A model generated the notes under the pieces. It saw nothing but the letters and a program-made list of their open reading frames with translations. It searched no databases and was not told the DNA's origin. A stretch of DNA of 64,000 nucleotides from Bacilli bacterium (lineage in GTDB: Bacteria; Bacillota_I; Bacilli_A; RFN20; CAG-826), in contig JAKSUV010000002.1 of NCBI GenBank assembly GCA_024408655.1, forward strand, positions 98,159 through 162,158, read 5' to 3'. The position numbers and the translations under genes are program-made. Shown one piece after another: positions 21,536 to 30,054 of this stretch; positions within the stretch are counted from its first letter, which is position 1; each line of letters begins with the position of its first letter.

Positions 21536-21612
21536 TGGTTGCGGGGGATGGATTTGAACCATCGACCTCCAGGTTATGGGCCTGGCAAGCTACCGGGCTG
21601 CTCTACCCCGCG
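21536..21612 (-). tRNA. initiator tRNA-fMet (CAT)
   Basis: Hand-folded: C1xA72 mismatch, acceptor CGCGGGG, anticodon loop CCCATAA, T-loop TTCAAAT, encoded CCA. Confidence 0.85.
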
Positions 21613-21699
21613 ATAACTTGATAACTATAACATAGACCGGCATTTTAAAGCAAATATATTCTCGTGCGAGCGTATTCGAAAAACGCTATAATACAAACA

Positions 21700-23226
21700 A
21701 TGAAGAAAGCGGCGTCAACTAAAGATATTCAGCACCAAATTCTTTTAGTCGATTTTTTAATTTTTGTTTTTTCACTTTTTATTTATTTATTCATCGCTCG
21801 TGGACTTTCTACTTATAAAGCTAGAAACGTGAATGATATTACTATTTACCTTTATATTCCATTATTTATTGTGCTTTTATTTGGTTTTGGTTTCCCGATT
21901 TACATTGAGAAAAAATACAATTGTTTAAAACTCAATCACTTTATGCTTTATCTTGGAGCAATTCTTGCTGTCACTAACCTTATTGCTGCCTTGATGCTAC
22001 CAACTAATATTTATTTTTCGCCAAATCAAACTGAACCATATATCTTAACTCCAATGGTTCGCATCTATTCAATCTTATGTGGATTAGTTATGGGCTTTGT
22101 TCCGTATTTATTCTTTTATCTTTTGCCCCGCCGCATTCGCCACAAAAATTATTTGAACTATATTTTTTATCTCAATCTTATCGTTTTAGCAGTATTTGTA
22201 ATTATCAGTTTCTTCACCGATGCTGAAAATTATCGCAATATTTTAGTCAATGGTTTAGGTGAAGTGAGCAAACACCCAATTCATGGTATTGCTCACAAAA
22301 GTGCGTTTGGCACTCATCTTATGATTGGCGTATTTACTCTCATTCTTATCGATATCTTTAATCACAAATGGCCATGGCTTTTGCTTTCAATTCCGATGTT
22401 ATTAATTCAGTTGTGCACCTTTGCTAAAACCCCAATTATTGCAACTTGGATAATTATTTTTGCTTATCTAATTTATAAACTTTGCATCCTTGCAAAAAAG
22501 AGTCGTGATAATTTAATCATTACATCTTTAGTCGGCGGTTTTGTTTTGATTGGCATCGTCGTTGGATCAATTTTAATCGGCTTTAGCGGAAGCGGACCAT
22601 TATTTAGTATTAAGAATTTCTTAATTAATGCGTTTAAAAACGCTCAAGCGACTTTCCATAGCCGAACAATTATTTGGTCTAGCATTCTCGCCATTATGGG
22701 CCCACTCCAAATTATTTTCGGTTATAGTCTTGGTTTAGGTGGCGTCGCTGTTCATTACGCTTACGCCTTTAATCCAGATTGTCCTGAAGATCCATCTAAA
22801 ATTTGGCATGCCCATAATGCTGGATTATCAATTCTCAGTGAAGGCGGCGTTTTCTTCTTACTATTAAGCCTATTCCTTTATGTTTACCTCATTTACATCG
22901 CGGTCAAAATCTATCGTCAGCATAAAGCGTTGTCAGTGTTCACGATTTTCTTTGTTGTTTCTCAAATAGTTATTGGCGTTTTTGATGACACTCACATCTT
23001 AAACGACACCACCGATTTCTTACAAAATTTCGTTATGATTTTACCAGTGATGGCGGTTTATTATATGGAATACGATCAAAAAGAAAAGGCAATTCGTCTT
23101 GCGATTGTTAAGCAAGCCGAGAGCGAAAAACATGATGCGCCAAAGAAATGGTATACGAAACTCGACCATAATTTACTCGTTCATTCCGCAAAGAATATTA
23201 CCGAGGATTTAACCCATGAACATTAA
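21700..23226 (+). CDS. polytopic membrane protein, O-antigen ligase/Wzy-polymerase-like
   Basis: About 12 TMs with a periplasmic-loop His-containing block (HAHNAGLSILSEGG). Start is ambiguous: GTG at 21664 or ATG at 21700. Confidence 0.55.
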   Translation: MKKAASTKDIQHQILLVDFLIFVFSLFIYLFIARGLSTYKARNVNDITIYLYIPLFIVLLFGFGFPIYIEKKYNCLKLNHFMLYLGAILAVTNLIAALMLPTNIYFSPNQTEPYILTPMVRIYSILCGLVMGFVPYLFFYLLPRRIRHKNYLNYIFYLNLIVLAVFVIISFFTDAENYRNILVNGLGEVSKHPIHGIAHKSAFGTHLMIGVFTLILIDIFNHKWPWLLLSIPMLLIQLCTFAKTPIIATWIIIFAYLIYKLCILAKKSRDNLIITSLVGGFVLIGIVVGSILIGFSGSGPLFSIKNFLINAFKNAQATFHSRTIIWSSILAIMGPLQIIFGYSLGLGGVAVHYAYAFNPDCPEDPSKIWHAHNAGLSILSEGGVFFLLLSLFLYVYLIYIAVKIYRQHKALSVFTIFFVVSQIVIGVFDDTHILNDTTDFLQNFVMILPVMAVYYMEYDQKEKAIRLAIVKQAESEKHDAPKKWYTKLDHNLLVHSAKNITEDLTHEH

Positions 23227-24364
23227 TAATTATGACGCAGTCATTATTGGTGCAGGTTTTGCTGGCGCCACCATTGCTAACTGTTTAGCAAACGCCAACA
23301 AAAAAGTTCTTATCATTGATAAACGTAACCATATCGGTGGTAACGCCTATGATTATTTTAATAATGATGGCATCATCATTCACCAATATGGTCCGCATAT
23401 CTTTCACACTTCGAATAAAGAAGTTTGGGATTATCTTCAAAAATTTAGCGGCTTCTTCCCTTATGAGCATCGCGTCTTAGGCAATATCGATGGCGTGCTC
23501 GTCCCGATTCCGTTTAACTTTAAATCGTTAGAATTAACCCATCAAAAAGAAGAAGCGGAAACGATTAAACAATTATTAAAACAAAATTTTCCGAACAAAA
23601 AACGGATCTCAATACTTGATTTAATTAATCACTCCAATCCAACGCTAAAAGCGTTTGGTGATTTCGTTTATCAAAAAGTGTTCGTTTATTACACCAGTAA
23701 ACAATGGGGTATTCATCCAAGCCAAATTGATCAATCGGTCATTAACCGTGTCCCGGTTATCTTAGGCTATGAAGATACTTATTTTGCTGATACTTATCAA
23801 TTTATGCCAAATAAAGGTTATACCGAAATTTTTAACAATATGTTAAATCACCCCAATATTGATATTAAATTAAACACCAATATTAAAGATCATATTGAAT
23901 TTAAAGACGCCATCTATATTGATAAAGAAAAATTTAATGGCCACTTTATTTATACGGGAGCGATTGACGAACTCTTTAATTATCAGTTTGGTGTTCTCCC
24001 CTACCGCTCACTTGATATTGTGTTAGAAAAACATAATCTCACCCACTATCAACCGGTCGCAACGGTTAATTACCCCACAAGCGAAAAGTTCACTCGCATC
24101 AGTGAATATAAATATTTCTTAAACCAAGATATTAAAGATAAGACCGTCATCGCCAAAGAATATTCGAAGGCTTATAGTTTAGAAAGTAAGACTGATCCTT
24201 ATTACCCAATTAATAATGAAGCAAATCTGGCGTTATATAAAAAATATGAGCAACTTGCCCAAAAATATCACATTTATTTATGTGGCCGCTTAGCGGAATA
24301 TAAATATTACAATATGGATGCGGTCATCGCTCGTGCGCTTACATTAGCGAGTAAACTTAAATAA
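23216..24364 (+). CDS. glf: UDP-galactopyranose mutase
   Basis: 382 aa. FAD-binding GAGFAG and the conserved Glf core. Confidence 0.9.
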   Translation: MNINNYDAVIIGAGFAGATIANCLANANKKVLIIDKRNHIGGNAYDYFNNDGIIIHQYGPHIFHTSNKEVWDYLQKFSGFFPYEHRVLGNIDGVLVPIPFNFKSLELTHQKEEAETIKQLLKQNFPNKKRISILDLINHSNPTLKAFGDFVYQKVFVYYTSKQWGIHPSQIDQSVINRVPVILGYEDTYFADTYQFMPNKGYTEIFNNMLNHPNIDIKLNTNIKDHIEFKDAIYIDKEKFNGHFIYTGAIDELFNYQFGVLPYRSLDIVLEKHNLTHYQPVATVNYPTSEKFTRISEYKYFLNQDIKDKTVIAKEYSKAYSLESKTDPYYPINNEANLALYKKYEQLAQKYHIYLCGRLAEYKYYNMDAVIARALTLASKLK

Positions 24365-24365
24365 T

Positions 24366-25394
24366 TTACCAACGATTATAAACTTTCTCGGCAAAGCCAG
24401 GTAAATTCTCAAAATGAATTTCTTGGCCATTTACTTTTACATTCCCGGTAAATAAACCAAACACTTGGTGTTGGTTACTCCGAATTAATAAAGCGTTGGT
24501 GTCGCTTTTTCGGTCAAGCGATGGCGTAAAATGAATATTGATATCGCCACTTAAGGAAGTGATGGACCACGGTTCCATAAAACTATCTTTGCCGTTTTTT
24601 TGCGGTATGTGAAAACGAACATCATTAAGCTTATACGCTTTGCCATTATAGAAAAACATGTTTTCACTCGCCGCGCTCGTGTCACCAAAACCATAACCAA
24701 AATTCCAACCAATTGGGTAGCCGTGATATTCCGTATTAACGCTACTCCAATACCAAGTATTTTTGTATGTCCAAATGCCCCGGCCCCAATCTAAGACACC
24801 ATAAGCATCTTCAAAGCGATATTCATCACCCCGATAACGTACATAGCCGCTCGCGTTTAATAAGTTCATCTTTTGGTTGTAATAGAAATGACCCGGTTTA
24901 TCAAACGGGGTGGCAATGACCATTGAATCTTTTATCGTCGGTTCTAGCTTTAAATTAGCCTCAAAGGGTTTACGCGTTTTCCCAAACTTCTTAAAGTTCA
25001 CGATAATCCGGCGCGTCCCATCACTCTCGACTAAAAATTGAAATTGATAGTTACGTTTTTTTATAACGATATTGCCGGTTTTGCTTGTACCAGGTAAATG
25101 GAGGCGCCCACACGAAAAGAAACCCATTGGTGAAACCGTTACGTTTTCACCAGTCGAAAAATTTAAAAAGGAAGCACTTACCATCCACATATAGGAATTA
25201 TCGGCGATGGTAAAAGCGACCCCGTAATTAATGTTACCAATGAAGTAATAATCCCATTCTTTAATACGAAGCTTACGCCGATGAATTTGTTTCCGGTTAT
25301 ATTCTTTGATTAAAGAATAAGCATAGCCGGCTTCATTTAATTTACCATGGGCGTCAAGTAATGGCCCGGGTTGTAGTTGATGTTGTTTTTCCAT
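24366..25394 (-). CDS. hypothetical protein, probably DUF2804 family
   Basis: 342 aa, Trp/Tyr-rich beta-type sequence. The family assignment is from memory only. Confidence 0.5.
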   Translation of the reverse strand: MEKQHQLQPGPLLDAHGKLNEAGYAYSLIKEYNRKQIHRRKLRIKEWDYYFIGNINYGVAFTIADNSYMWMVSASFLNFSTGENVTVSPMGFFSCGRLHLPGTSKTGNIVIKKRNYQFQFLVESDGTRRIIVNFKKFGKTRKPFEANLKLEPTIKDSMVIATPFDKPGHFYYNQKMNLLNASGYVRYRGDEYRFEDAYGVLDWGRGIWTYKNTWYWSSVNTEYHGYPIGWNFGYGFGDTSAASENMFFYNGKAYKLNDVRFHIPQKNGKDSFMEPWSITSLSGDINIHFTPSLDRKSDTNALLIRSNQHQVFGLFTGNVKVNGQEIHFENLPGFAEKVYNRW

Positions 25395-25397
25395 AAA

Positions 25398-26114
25398 TTA
25401 GTGCCGTGTTTTATCAGTATAAAGCTCGCAAAAGCGTCCCGAGAACGAACGAAGAATTCCTTCTTTGCCTAAATGGGTAGTATCGCCATAGCGGCTCATC
25501 CGGAATTGCGCTAAGCCACGAGTTCTCTCTTCGGTAATAAACACCGTCACGCCACTTGGTGGGCAGATCATAAATTGGGCGGCGTTAGTGAAAGGAATGT
25601 TTAATAAGTGAGCGACAATTGCACTCATGATGCCAAAGTGAGCAAATAAAACAATCCGTTTCCGGTTCCGTTTCGTCACGCGGTAAAAATAGCCTTCGCG
25701 CTTATAACCGTTTTTCGCTAACAATTGATCTAGACTATCCCAAACATTAAATAAATGTTTTTCGAATTCGCCATCTCTTACTTCCATACTTTCTAAGAAA
25801 TTGGATTGTAAAAGTTGCGGGTGTTTCAAAATATATTCTGGTTTAAAATCCCAACAGTTTTGTCGCTTGCCGTTTTTTAACACTGCGTGATAGTGATTAA
25901 TCTCGCGTAGCCATTCAACGGTATGAACTTTACCTTTACCTTTGGTAACGGCCTTACAGGTCATCTGCGCTCTTTCAAGGGGTGAACAATAAATTTCGTC
26001 AAAGAAACTTGCATCATAACGTTTCCCTAAAGCAGCGGCTTCTTTTTTGCCGCGTTCAGTAATCGTGTGATGTTCGTAGTCTGGTTCAGCATGACGAATG
26101 ATGTAAAGTTTCAT
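25398..26114 (-). CDS. histidine phosphatase superfamily (PGAM-like) protein
   Basis: N-terminal IIRHAEP (RHG motif). Confidence 0.75.
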   Translation of the reverse strand: MKLYIIRHAEPDYEHHTITERGKKEAAALGKRYDASFFDEIYCSPLERAQMTCKAVTKGKGKVHTVEWLREINHYHAVLKNGKRQNCWDFKPEYILKHPQLLQSNFLESMEVRDGEFEKHLFNVWDSLDQLLAKNGYKREGYFYRVTKRNRKRIVLFAHFGIMSAIVAHLLNIPFTNAAQFMICPPSGVTVFITEERTRGLAQFRMSRYGDTTHLGKEGILRSFSGRFCELYTDKTRH

Positions 26115-26174
26115 ATGAAAACTCCTTGTTCTTTTTAATTATAGCATAGATTAAACTCTCGCTAAGCGAGAAAA

Positions 26175-27368
26175 CTATAAACGAATAAAGATTTTTTTGC
26201 GGTAAAGAAGCCACGCAACTAACCAATCAAGTGCGGAGAAAATTATCGCGTAAAGTAGCGCTGCAATTACTTCGTTGCCTACTGAGACGACCATAAAACC
26301 ATGATTAATGCATTCACCTAAAGTTGAATCCGCGACGGGAATGTTTTTAATGACCATTGATGTAATGATGACTAGTAAGTAAAGGAAAATCGCGTTCGCC
26401 CCAAGCACATTAAATGGATAAAGAAGTTTTTGGTGTGGCCGCTTTAAAGTTAATGTTTCCACTAATGCTACAAGTGCAAAACCAATGCCACTTGTAATTA
26501 AGACAAAGGATACTGACCAAACTTTTTTGCTGATTGGGCAGAAGAAAGTAATAAATAAGCCAAGAACAATCGATAAGATTGCGCCAGCAAATAGATAAGG
26601 TAAAGGATGTGATTTACCATTTTCTTTCGCGCTTAAATAGAACGATAATCCAGCATAGCTTAATAACAGTTGGCCAACACATGAGAATAGAGTCGCGAAT
26701 AAACCTTCGGGATCCATGGTGAGCTTAACGCCTTCAACCGTATCAACATACAAATGGTTCGCGGGAAGAATCGCGTTATCGATAATATAGAGGATATTAT
26801 CTTTGCTAAATTCATAACCATGACCAAAGCCTAAAATAAACAAATAGGCCACTAATAAGCCACCACCGACCATCGCAATAATTTTGAAATTTTTCTTACA
26901 AAGCATAATGATAAAAGAAGCGCAAACAAAGGCAATCGCGTAACGTTGTAACACACCATAAATCCGAATGTTTACTAACGCGTTCATCATCCCTTCACCA
27001 ACACTACTCGCTTCGCTAATATTCTTAGGTAGACTGGAACAATAGTTATAAATTAAACCAAGCCCGAATAGTAATAAGGTCCGGGAGATAACTTTTCTTA
27101 AGAAAGCACCATTAATTTTCTCGTAACGACGGAAAGAAAAAACCATTGACATTCCCATCGCGGTCATAAAGAGCGGATAAGCACAATCGGCTAAGGTAAG
27201 ACCAAGCCATGGCGCATGGTTAAGCCAAACAATTGGGTTAGTGCCGCCCGTTCCCCGATTAAAATAAAACAATAAAAGGACAATCGTTAATCCGCGAAAA
27301 ACATCCAGTGCGACAAAACGCGACTTCTTAACTTCGCTCACTGTTTTAACTGTTCGTTTATTTTCCAT
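26175..27368 (-). CDS. HGSNAT-like transmembrane acetyltransferase (DUF1624/DUF5009, acyltransferase-3 clan)
   Basis: N-terminal RFVALDVFRGLTIVLL motif and 10-11 TMs. Confidence 0.65.
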   Translation of the reverse strand: MENKRTVKTVSEVKKSRFVALDVFRGLTIVLLLFYFNRGTGGTNPIVWLNHAPWLGLTLADCAYPLFMTAMGMSMVFSFRRYEKINGAFLRKVISRTLLLFGLGLIYNYCSSLPKNISEASSVGEGMMNALVNIRIYGVLQRYAIAFVCASFIIMLCKKNFKIIAMVGGGLLVAYLFILGFGHGYEFSKDNILYIIDNAILPANHLYVDTVEGVKLTMDPEGLFATLFSCVGQLLLSYAGLSFYLSAKENGKSHPLPYLFAGAILSIVLGLFITFFCPISKKVWSVSFVLITSGIGFALVALVETLTLKRPHQKLLYPFNVLGANAIFLYLLVIITSMVIKNIPVADSTLGECINHGFMVVSVGNEVIAALLYAIIFSALDWLVAWLLYRKKIFIRL

Positions 27369-27389
27369 ATCAATTAGTAATATCAGTTT

Positions 27390-27480
27390 TGGCGGAGGTT
27401 TAGAGATTCGAACTCTAGCGAGGCTTGCACCTCCTATCGGTTTTCAAGACCGACCCCTTCAACCACTTGGGTAAACCTCC
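27390..27480 (-). tRNA. tRNA-Ser (TGA)
   Basis: 91 nt with a long variable arm, anticodon loop CTTGAAA, T-loop TTCGAAT, encoded CCA. Confidence 0.9.
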
Positions 27481-27483
27481 ATT

Positions 27484-27558
27484 TGGTGGACCCTGCAGAT
27501 CCTGACACTGCAACCGTTCGGTTATGGGCCGAGTGCTCTTCCTTTGAGCTAAGGGTCC
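27484..27558 (-). tRNA. tRNA-Ile(CAT; lysidine type)-like, atypical
   Basis: 75 nt. Acceptor GGACCCT/AGGGTCC, anticodon loop CCCATAA (C33), T-arm GCAGT-GTCAGGA-TCTGC deviating at the conserved 53/54/58/61. Position in the array matches Ile(LAU) of the Mycoplasma cluster. Confidence 0.6.
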
Positions 27559-27561
27559 ATT

Positions 27562-27638
27562 TGGTGGCTGAGGAGGGATTCGGACCCCCGACACGCCGGG
27601 TATGAGCCGACTGCTCTGACCAACTGAGCTACTCAGCC
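27562..27638 (-). tRNA. elongator tRNA-Met (CAT)
   Basis: 77 nt. Anticodon loop CTCATAC, G1-C72, T-loop TCCGAAT (C at position 55). Confidence 0.8.
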
Positions 27639-27647
27639 AAATGTTCC

Positions 27648-27723
27648 TGGTGGAGCCAAAGGGGATCGAACCCTCGACCTCATGCTTGCAAAGCACGCGC
27701 TCTCCCAGCTGAGCTATGGCCCC
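27648..27723 (-). tRNA. tRNA-Ala (TGC)
   Basis: 76 nt. G3-U70 identity pair, anticodon loop TTTGCAA, T-loop TTCGATC. Confidence 0.9.
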
Positions 27724-27732
27724 TTATAGGAA

Positions 27733-27809
27733 TGGTTGGGATGATGGGATTTGAACCCACGACCTTCTGCTCCCAAAGCAGACGCGATACCAAGCTACGC
27801 TACATCCCA
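27733..27809 (-). tRNA. tRNA-Pro (TGG)
   Basis: 77 nt. Anticodon loop TTTGGGA, T-loop TTCAAAT, U1-A72. Confidence 0.85.
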
Positions 27810-27813
27810 ATAA

Positions 27814-27890
27814 TGGCGCGCCAGACAGGAGTCGAACCCGTAACCTCTTGGTTCGTAGCCAAACACTCTATCCAGTTGAGCTACTGGCGC
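27814..27890 (-). tRNA. tRNA-Arg (ACG)
   Basis: 77 nt. Anticodon loop CTACGAA, T-loop TTCGACT. Confidence 0.85.
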
Positions 27891-27903
27891 ACTTAATTAT
27901 TAC

Positions 27904-27977
27904 TGGAGCATCCTGACGGAGTTGAACCGACGCTCATTGAGTTGCAGTCAATTGCCTTACCACTTGGCTAAGGATGC
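27904..27977 (-). tRNA. tRNA-Cys (GCA)
   Basis: 74 nt. Anticodon loop CTGCAAC, T-loop TTCAACT, discriminator U. Confidence 0.85.
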
Positions 27978-27995
27978 ATTTTTCCAGTGCGAATA

Positions 27996-28023
27996 ATTAT
28001 AGCATACATTTTCTCATCTTCAA
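27996..28023 (-). promoter_or_regulatory. sigma-70-type promoter for the tRNA array (-35 TTGAAG, 16 bp spacer, extended -10 TGcTATAAT)
   Basis: Read on the minus strand ~12-20 nt upstream of the tRNA-Cys 5' end. Confidence 0.6.
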
Positions 28024-28052
28024 TAAAGTTTATTGAGGGCTTAGGAAGCGTT

Positions 28053-29054
28053 ATGCTAAAATGTTTAGCAATGGAAAAAGATTTAATTTCTCTTGTCATT
28101 CCCGCCTATAATGTTGCGCCTTATTTATCAGATCTTTTTTTAAGTATTAAAAACCTAACTTACCAAAATTTTGAAATCGTTTTTGTCGATGATGGCTCGA
28201 CTGATAAAACTGGGTCGCTTCTTGATGAATTCGCTAAGGCCAACTCCTTCGTACGTGTTTTTCATCAGAAAAACGCTGGCGTTTCAAGCGCACGAAACAA
28301 AGGCTTATCTTTAATTAAAGGTGAATTTGTGATTTTTGTTGATCCTGACGACGCTTTTCGTCCTGATTACTTGTCCGTTCTTTATGACAACATCATTAAA
28401 CACCACGCTGATGTAGCCATTTGCGGTTATAAGAAGGTTAAATCTAACTTTTCCTATCCAGCTTTCAAACCGCTCAAGTCTTCTAATAAACAAATAATCT
28501 ACGATAACCGCGATGATATTATGTGCCAGTACTTATCCATTCGCCCATTCTTTTGGGCGCCATGGAATAAGTTATATCGCGTTACTACATTAAAAAAGAT
28601 TCCACAATATCCAAATTTATTTAGTTTGAAATGTTTTGATGGAGAAGACGCTCTATTTAATACACTGGCTTTGTCATATTGTGACCGCGCCGTTTTTACT
28701 CCCGAGCGACTTTATTGTTGGCGAATGAGAAAAGGGAGCATTATTCACCATGCATTTGGTGAAAAAAATCTTACACTTTTAATGAACGAAGATTTTTTAA
28801 AAACACTTGATCCGAACATTTTTATAAAGGCACAAGATTATATCCACGCCAAAGCGTGCATTGATAACATCATCTTACTTTTTAAATTTGCGACAAGTCG
28901 ATATAAAAATCCAGACGCAGCCAAAACTATCTATACAAACTTTAAAAATGAACTTTCCTATCTACGCCACGCCAAACGTTGTCCGCTTTATTGCCGTTTT
29001 GTCCCACTAATAAAACCAATCGCTTATTTAATGATTCGTCGAAAATTTAATTAA
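28053..29054 (+). CDS. family 2 glycosyltransferase (soluble GT-A)
   Basis: VIPAYN...DDGSTD...DPDD motifs. Start chosen at MLKCLA with a GGAAG SD; the ORF upstream of that would overlap tRNA-Cys. Confidence 0.8.
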   Translation: MLKCLAMEKDLISLVIPAYNVAPYLSDLFLSIKNLTYQNFEIVFVDDGSTDKTGSLLDEFAKANSFVRVFHQKNAGVSSARNKGLSLIKGEFVIFVDPDDAFRPDYLSVLYDNIIKHHADVAICGYKKVKSNFSYPAFKPLKSSNKQIIYDNRDDIMCQYLSIRPFFWAPWNKLYRVTTLKKIPQYPNLFSLKCFDGEDALFNTLALSYCDRAVFTPERLYCWRMRKGSIIHHAFGEKNLTLLMNEDFLKTLDPNIFIKAQDYIHAKACIDNIILLFKFATSRYKNPDAAKTIYTNFKNELSYLRHAKRCPLYCRFVPLIKPIAYLMIRRKFN

Positions 29055-29055
29055 T

Positions 29056-30054
29056 TTATTTAATATTAGTACGAACTGTATTTTTGCGGCTAAAGAAATT
29101 AAGGCCGCCAAAGATAAGAGTTGATCCACCCACGACCGCTGATTGAATGGCAGGAATAATCGCGGTACCACCTTGTAAAGTTGGGTCAACTGCTAACTCT
29201 ACTGGAGCTAACATATCGCGCGTATAGAATATTAGATTGTAACCGACTTGGTTAGTTAGAATTGCAAGTTGCGAAGCATCAAAATCAGAACCAAATTTCG
29301 CAAGTGGTGTTTGTAAGTAGGCAAAACGCATTAAGGCGGTCGCATGCGTTCCTGGGATAAAGAAGACAATATCTTGCATAACTTTGGGCATTAAGCAAAG
29401 TGGCATAAAGGAGCCGATTAGGAAACCCAAGCAGGCGCTCACAATCGCAATTACACTTGCTAGGGTGGCATCCGTATCAATGAACGAACAAATAAGCGTA
29501 GTGAAAGCCGAAGCATTTAAAACAATGAAAGCTAAGACGCCAAAAATGATTAAAACATCAAGCGCTGTAAGATAAAACTCGTTCATGCAGGCTAGGAAGA
29601 TAAAAGTAACGAGAACAAAAGCAAAGGACAAAATTAATGTAATTAAAAAGTTAAAGAACATGTACGAGAATGTCACCACCGTCTTATGAATTGGTGCACT
29701 CGCAAAGTCACGGTTAATACCGTTTTCTTTATCATTAATAATTAGATTATTTGTCTGCAAAGAAATCGAAATCGAACACAAAGCCACGTTACCAGAAAGG
29801 AACCACGAGTCCATAAGTACTAGCAAAGTGGAATCAGGAATTTCCTTTCCGCCTTCAATGCTATTAATCGCTTCGCGAATGGAGGATAGTTCTAATGAAC
29901 GTAAGAATAAAATATAAATAATTAAAATGATGATGGGCACCATCAAGGTGAAAAACATCCGCATTTTATTACGGGTAAACACTAAAAAGTTTCGTTTCGT
30001 TAATTGAAAGAAAACTTCGTGATTATACATCCGGATAACTCTTTGTTTAGCCAT
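29056..30054 (-). CDS. ABC-2 type transporter permease
   Basis: Six-TM ABC-2 topology. Start at MAKQRV with a GAGGAAG SD; overlaps the ATPase gene by 8 nt. Confidence 0.75.
   Translation of the reverse strand: MAKQRVIRMYNHEVFFQLTKRNFLVFTRNKMRMFFTLMVPIIILIIYILFLRSLELSSIREAINSIEGGKEIPDSTLLVLMDSWFLSGNVALCSISISLQTNNLIINDKENGINRDFASAPIHKTVVTFSYMFFNFLITLILSFAFVLVTFIFLACMNEFYLTALDVLIIFGVLAFIVLNASAFTTLICSFIDTDATLASVIAIVSACLGFLIGSFMPLCLMPKVMQDIVFFIPGTHATALMRFAYLQTPLAKFGSDFDASQLAILTNQVGYNLIFYTRDMLAPVELAVDPTLQGGTAIIPAIQSAVVGGSTLIFGGLNFFSRKNTVRTNIK

Noticed and set aside
21664-21699. Longer N-terminal extensions of several ORFs (for example 21664 GTG, 27987, 30099, 37715 TTG, 44460, 50325, 53733, 5321, 10853)
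   Set aside because: The extensions either overlap upstream genes or tRNAs, begin with non-ATG codons, or prepend atypical residues to otherwise canonical family N-termini. Internal ATGs with SD-like sequences were preferred. Start assignments remain somewhat uncertain.
27415-27696. 93-aa minus-strand ORF
   Set aside because: It lies entirely within the tRNA array, spanning tRNA-Ser, Ile, Met and Ala. It is an artefact of translating structured RNA genes.
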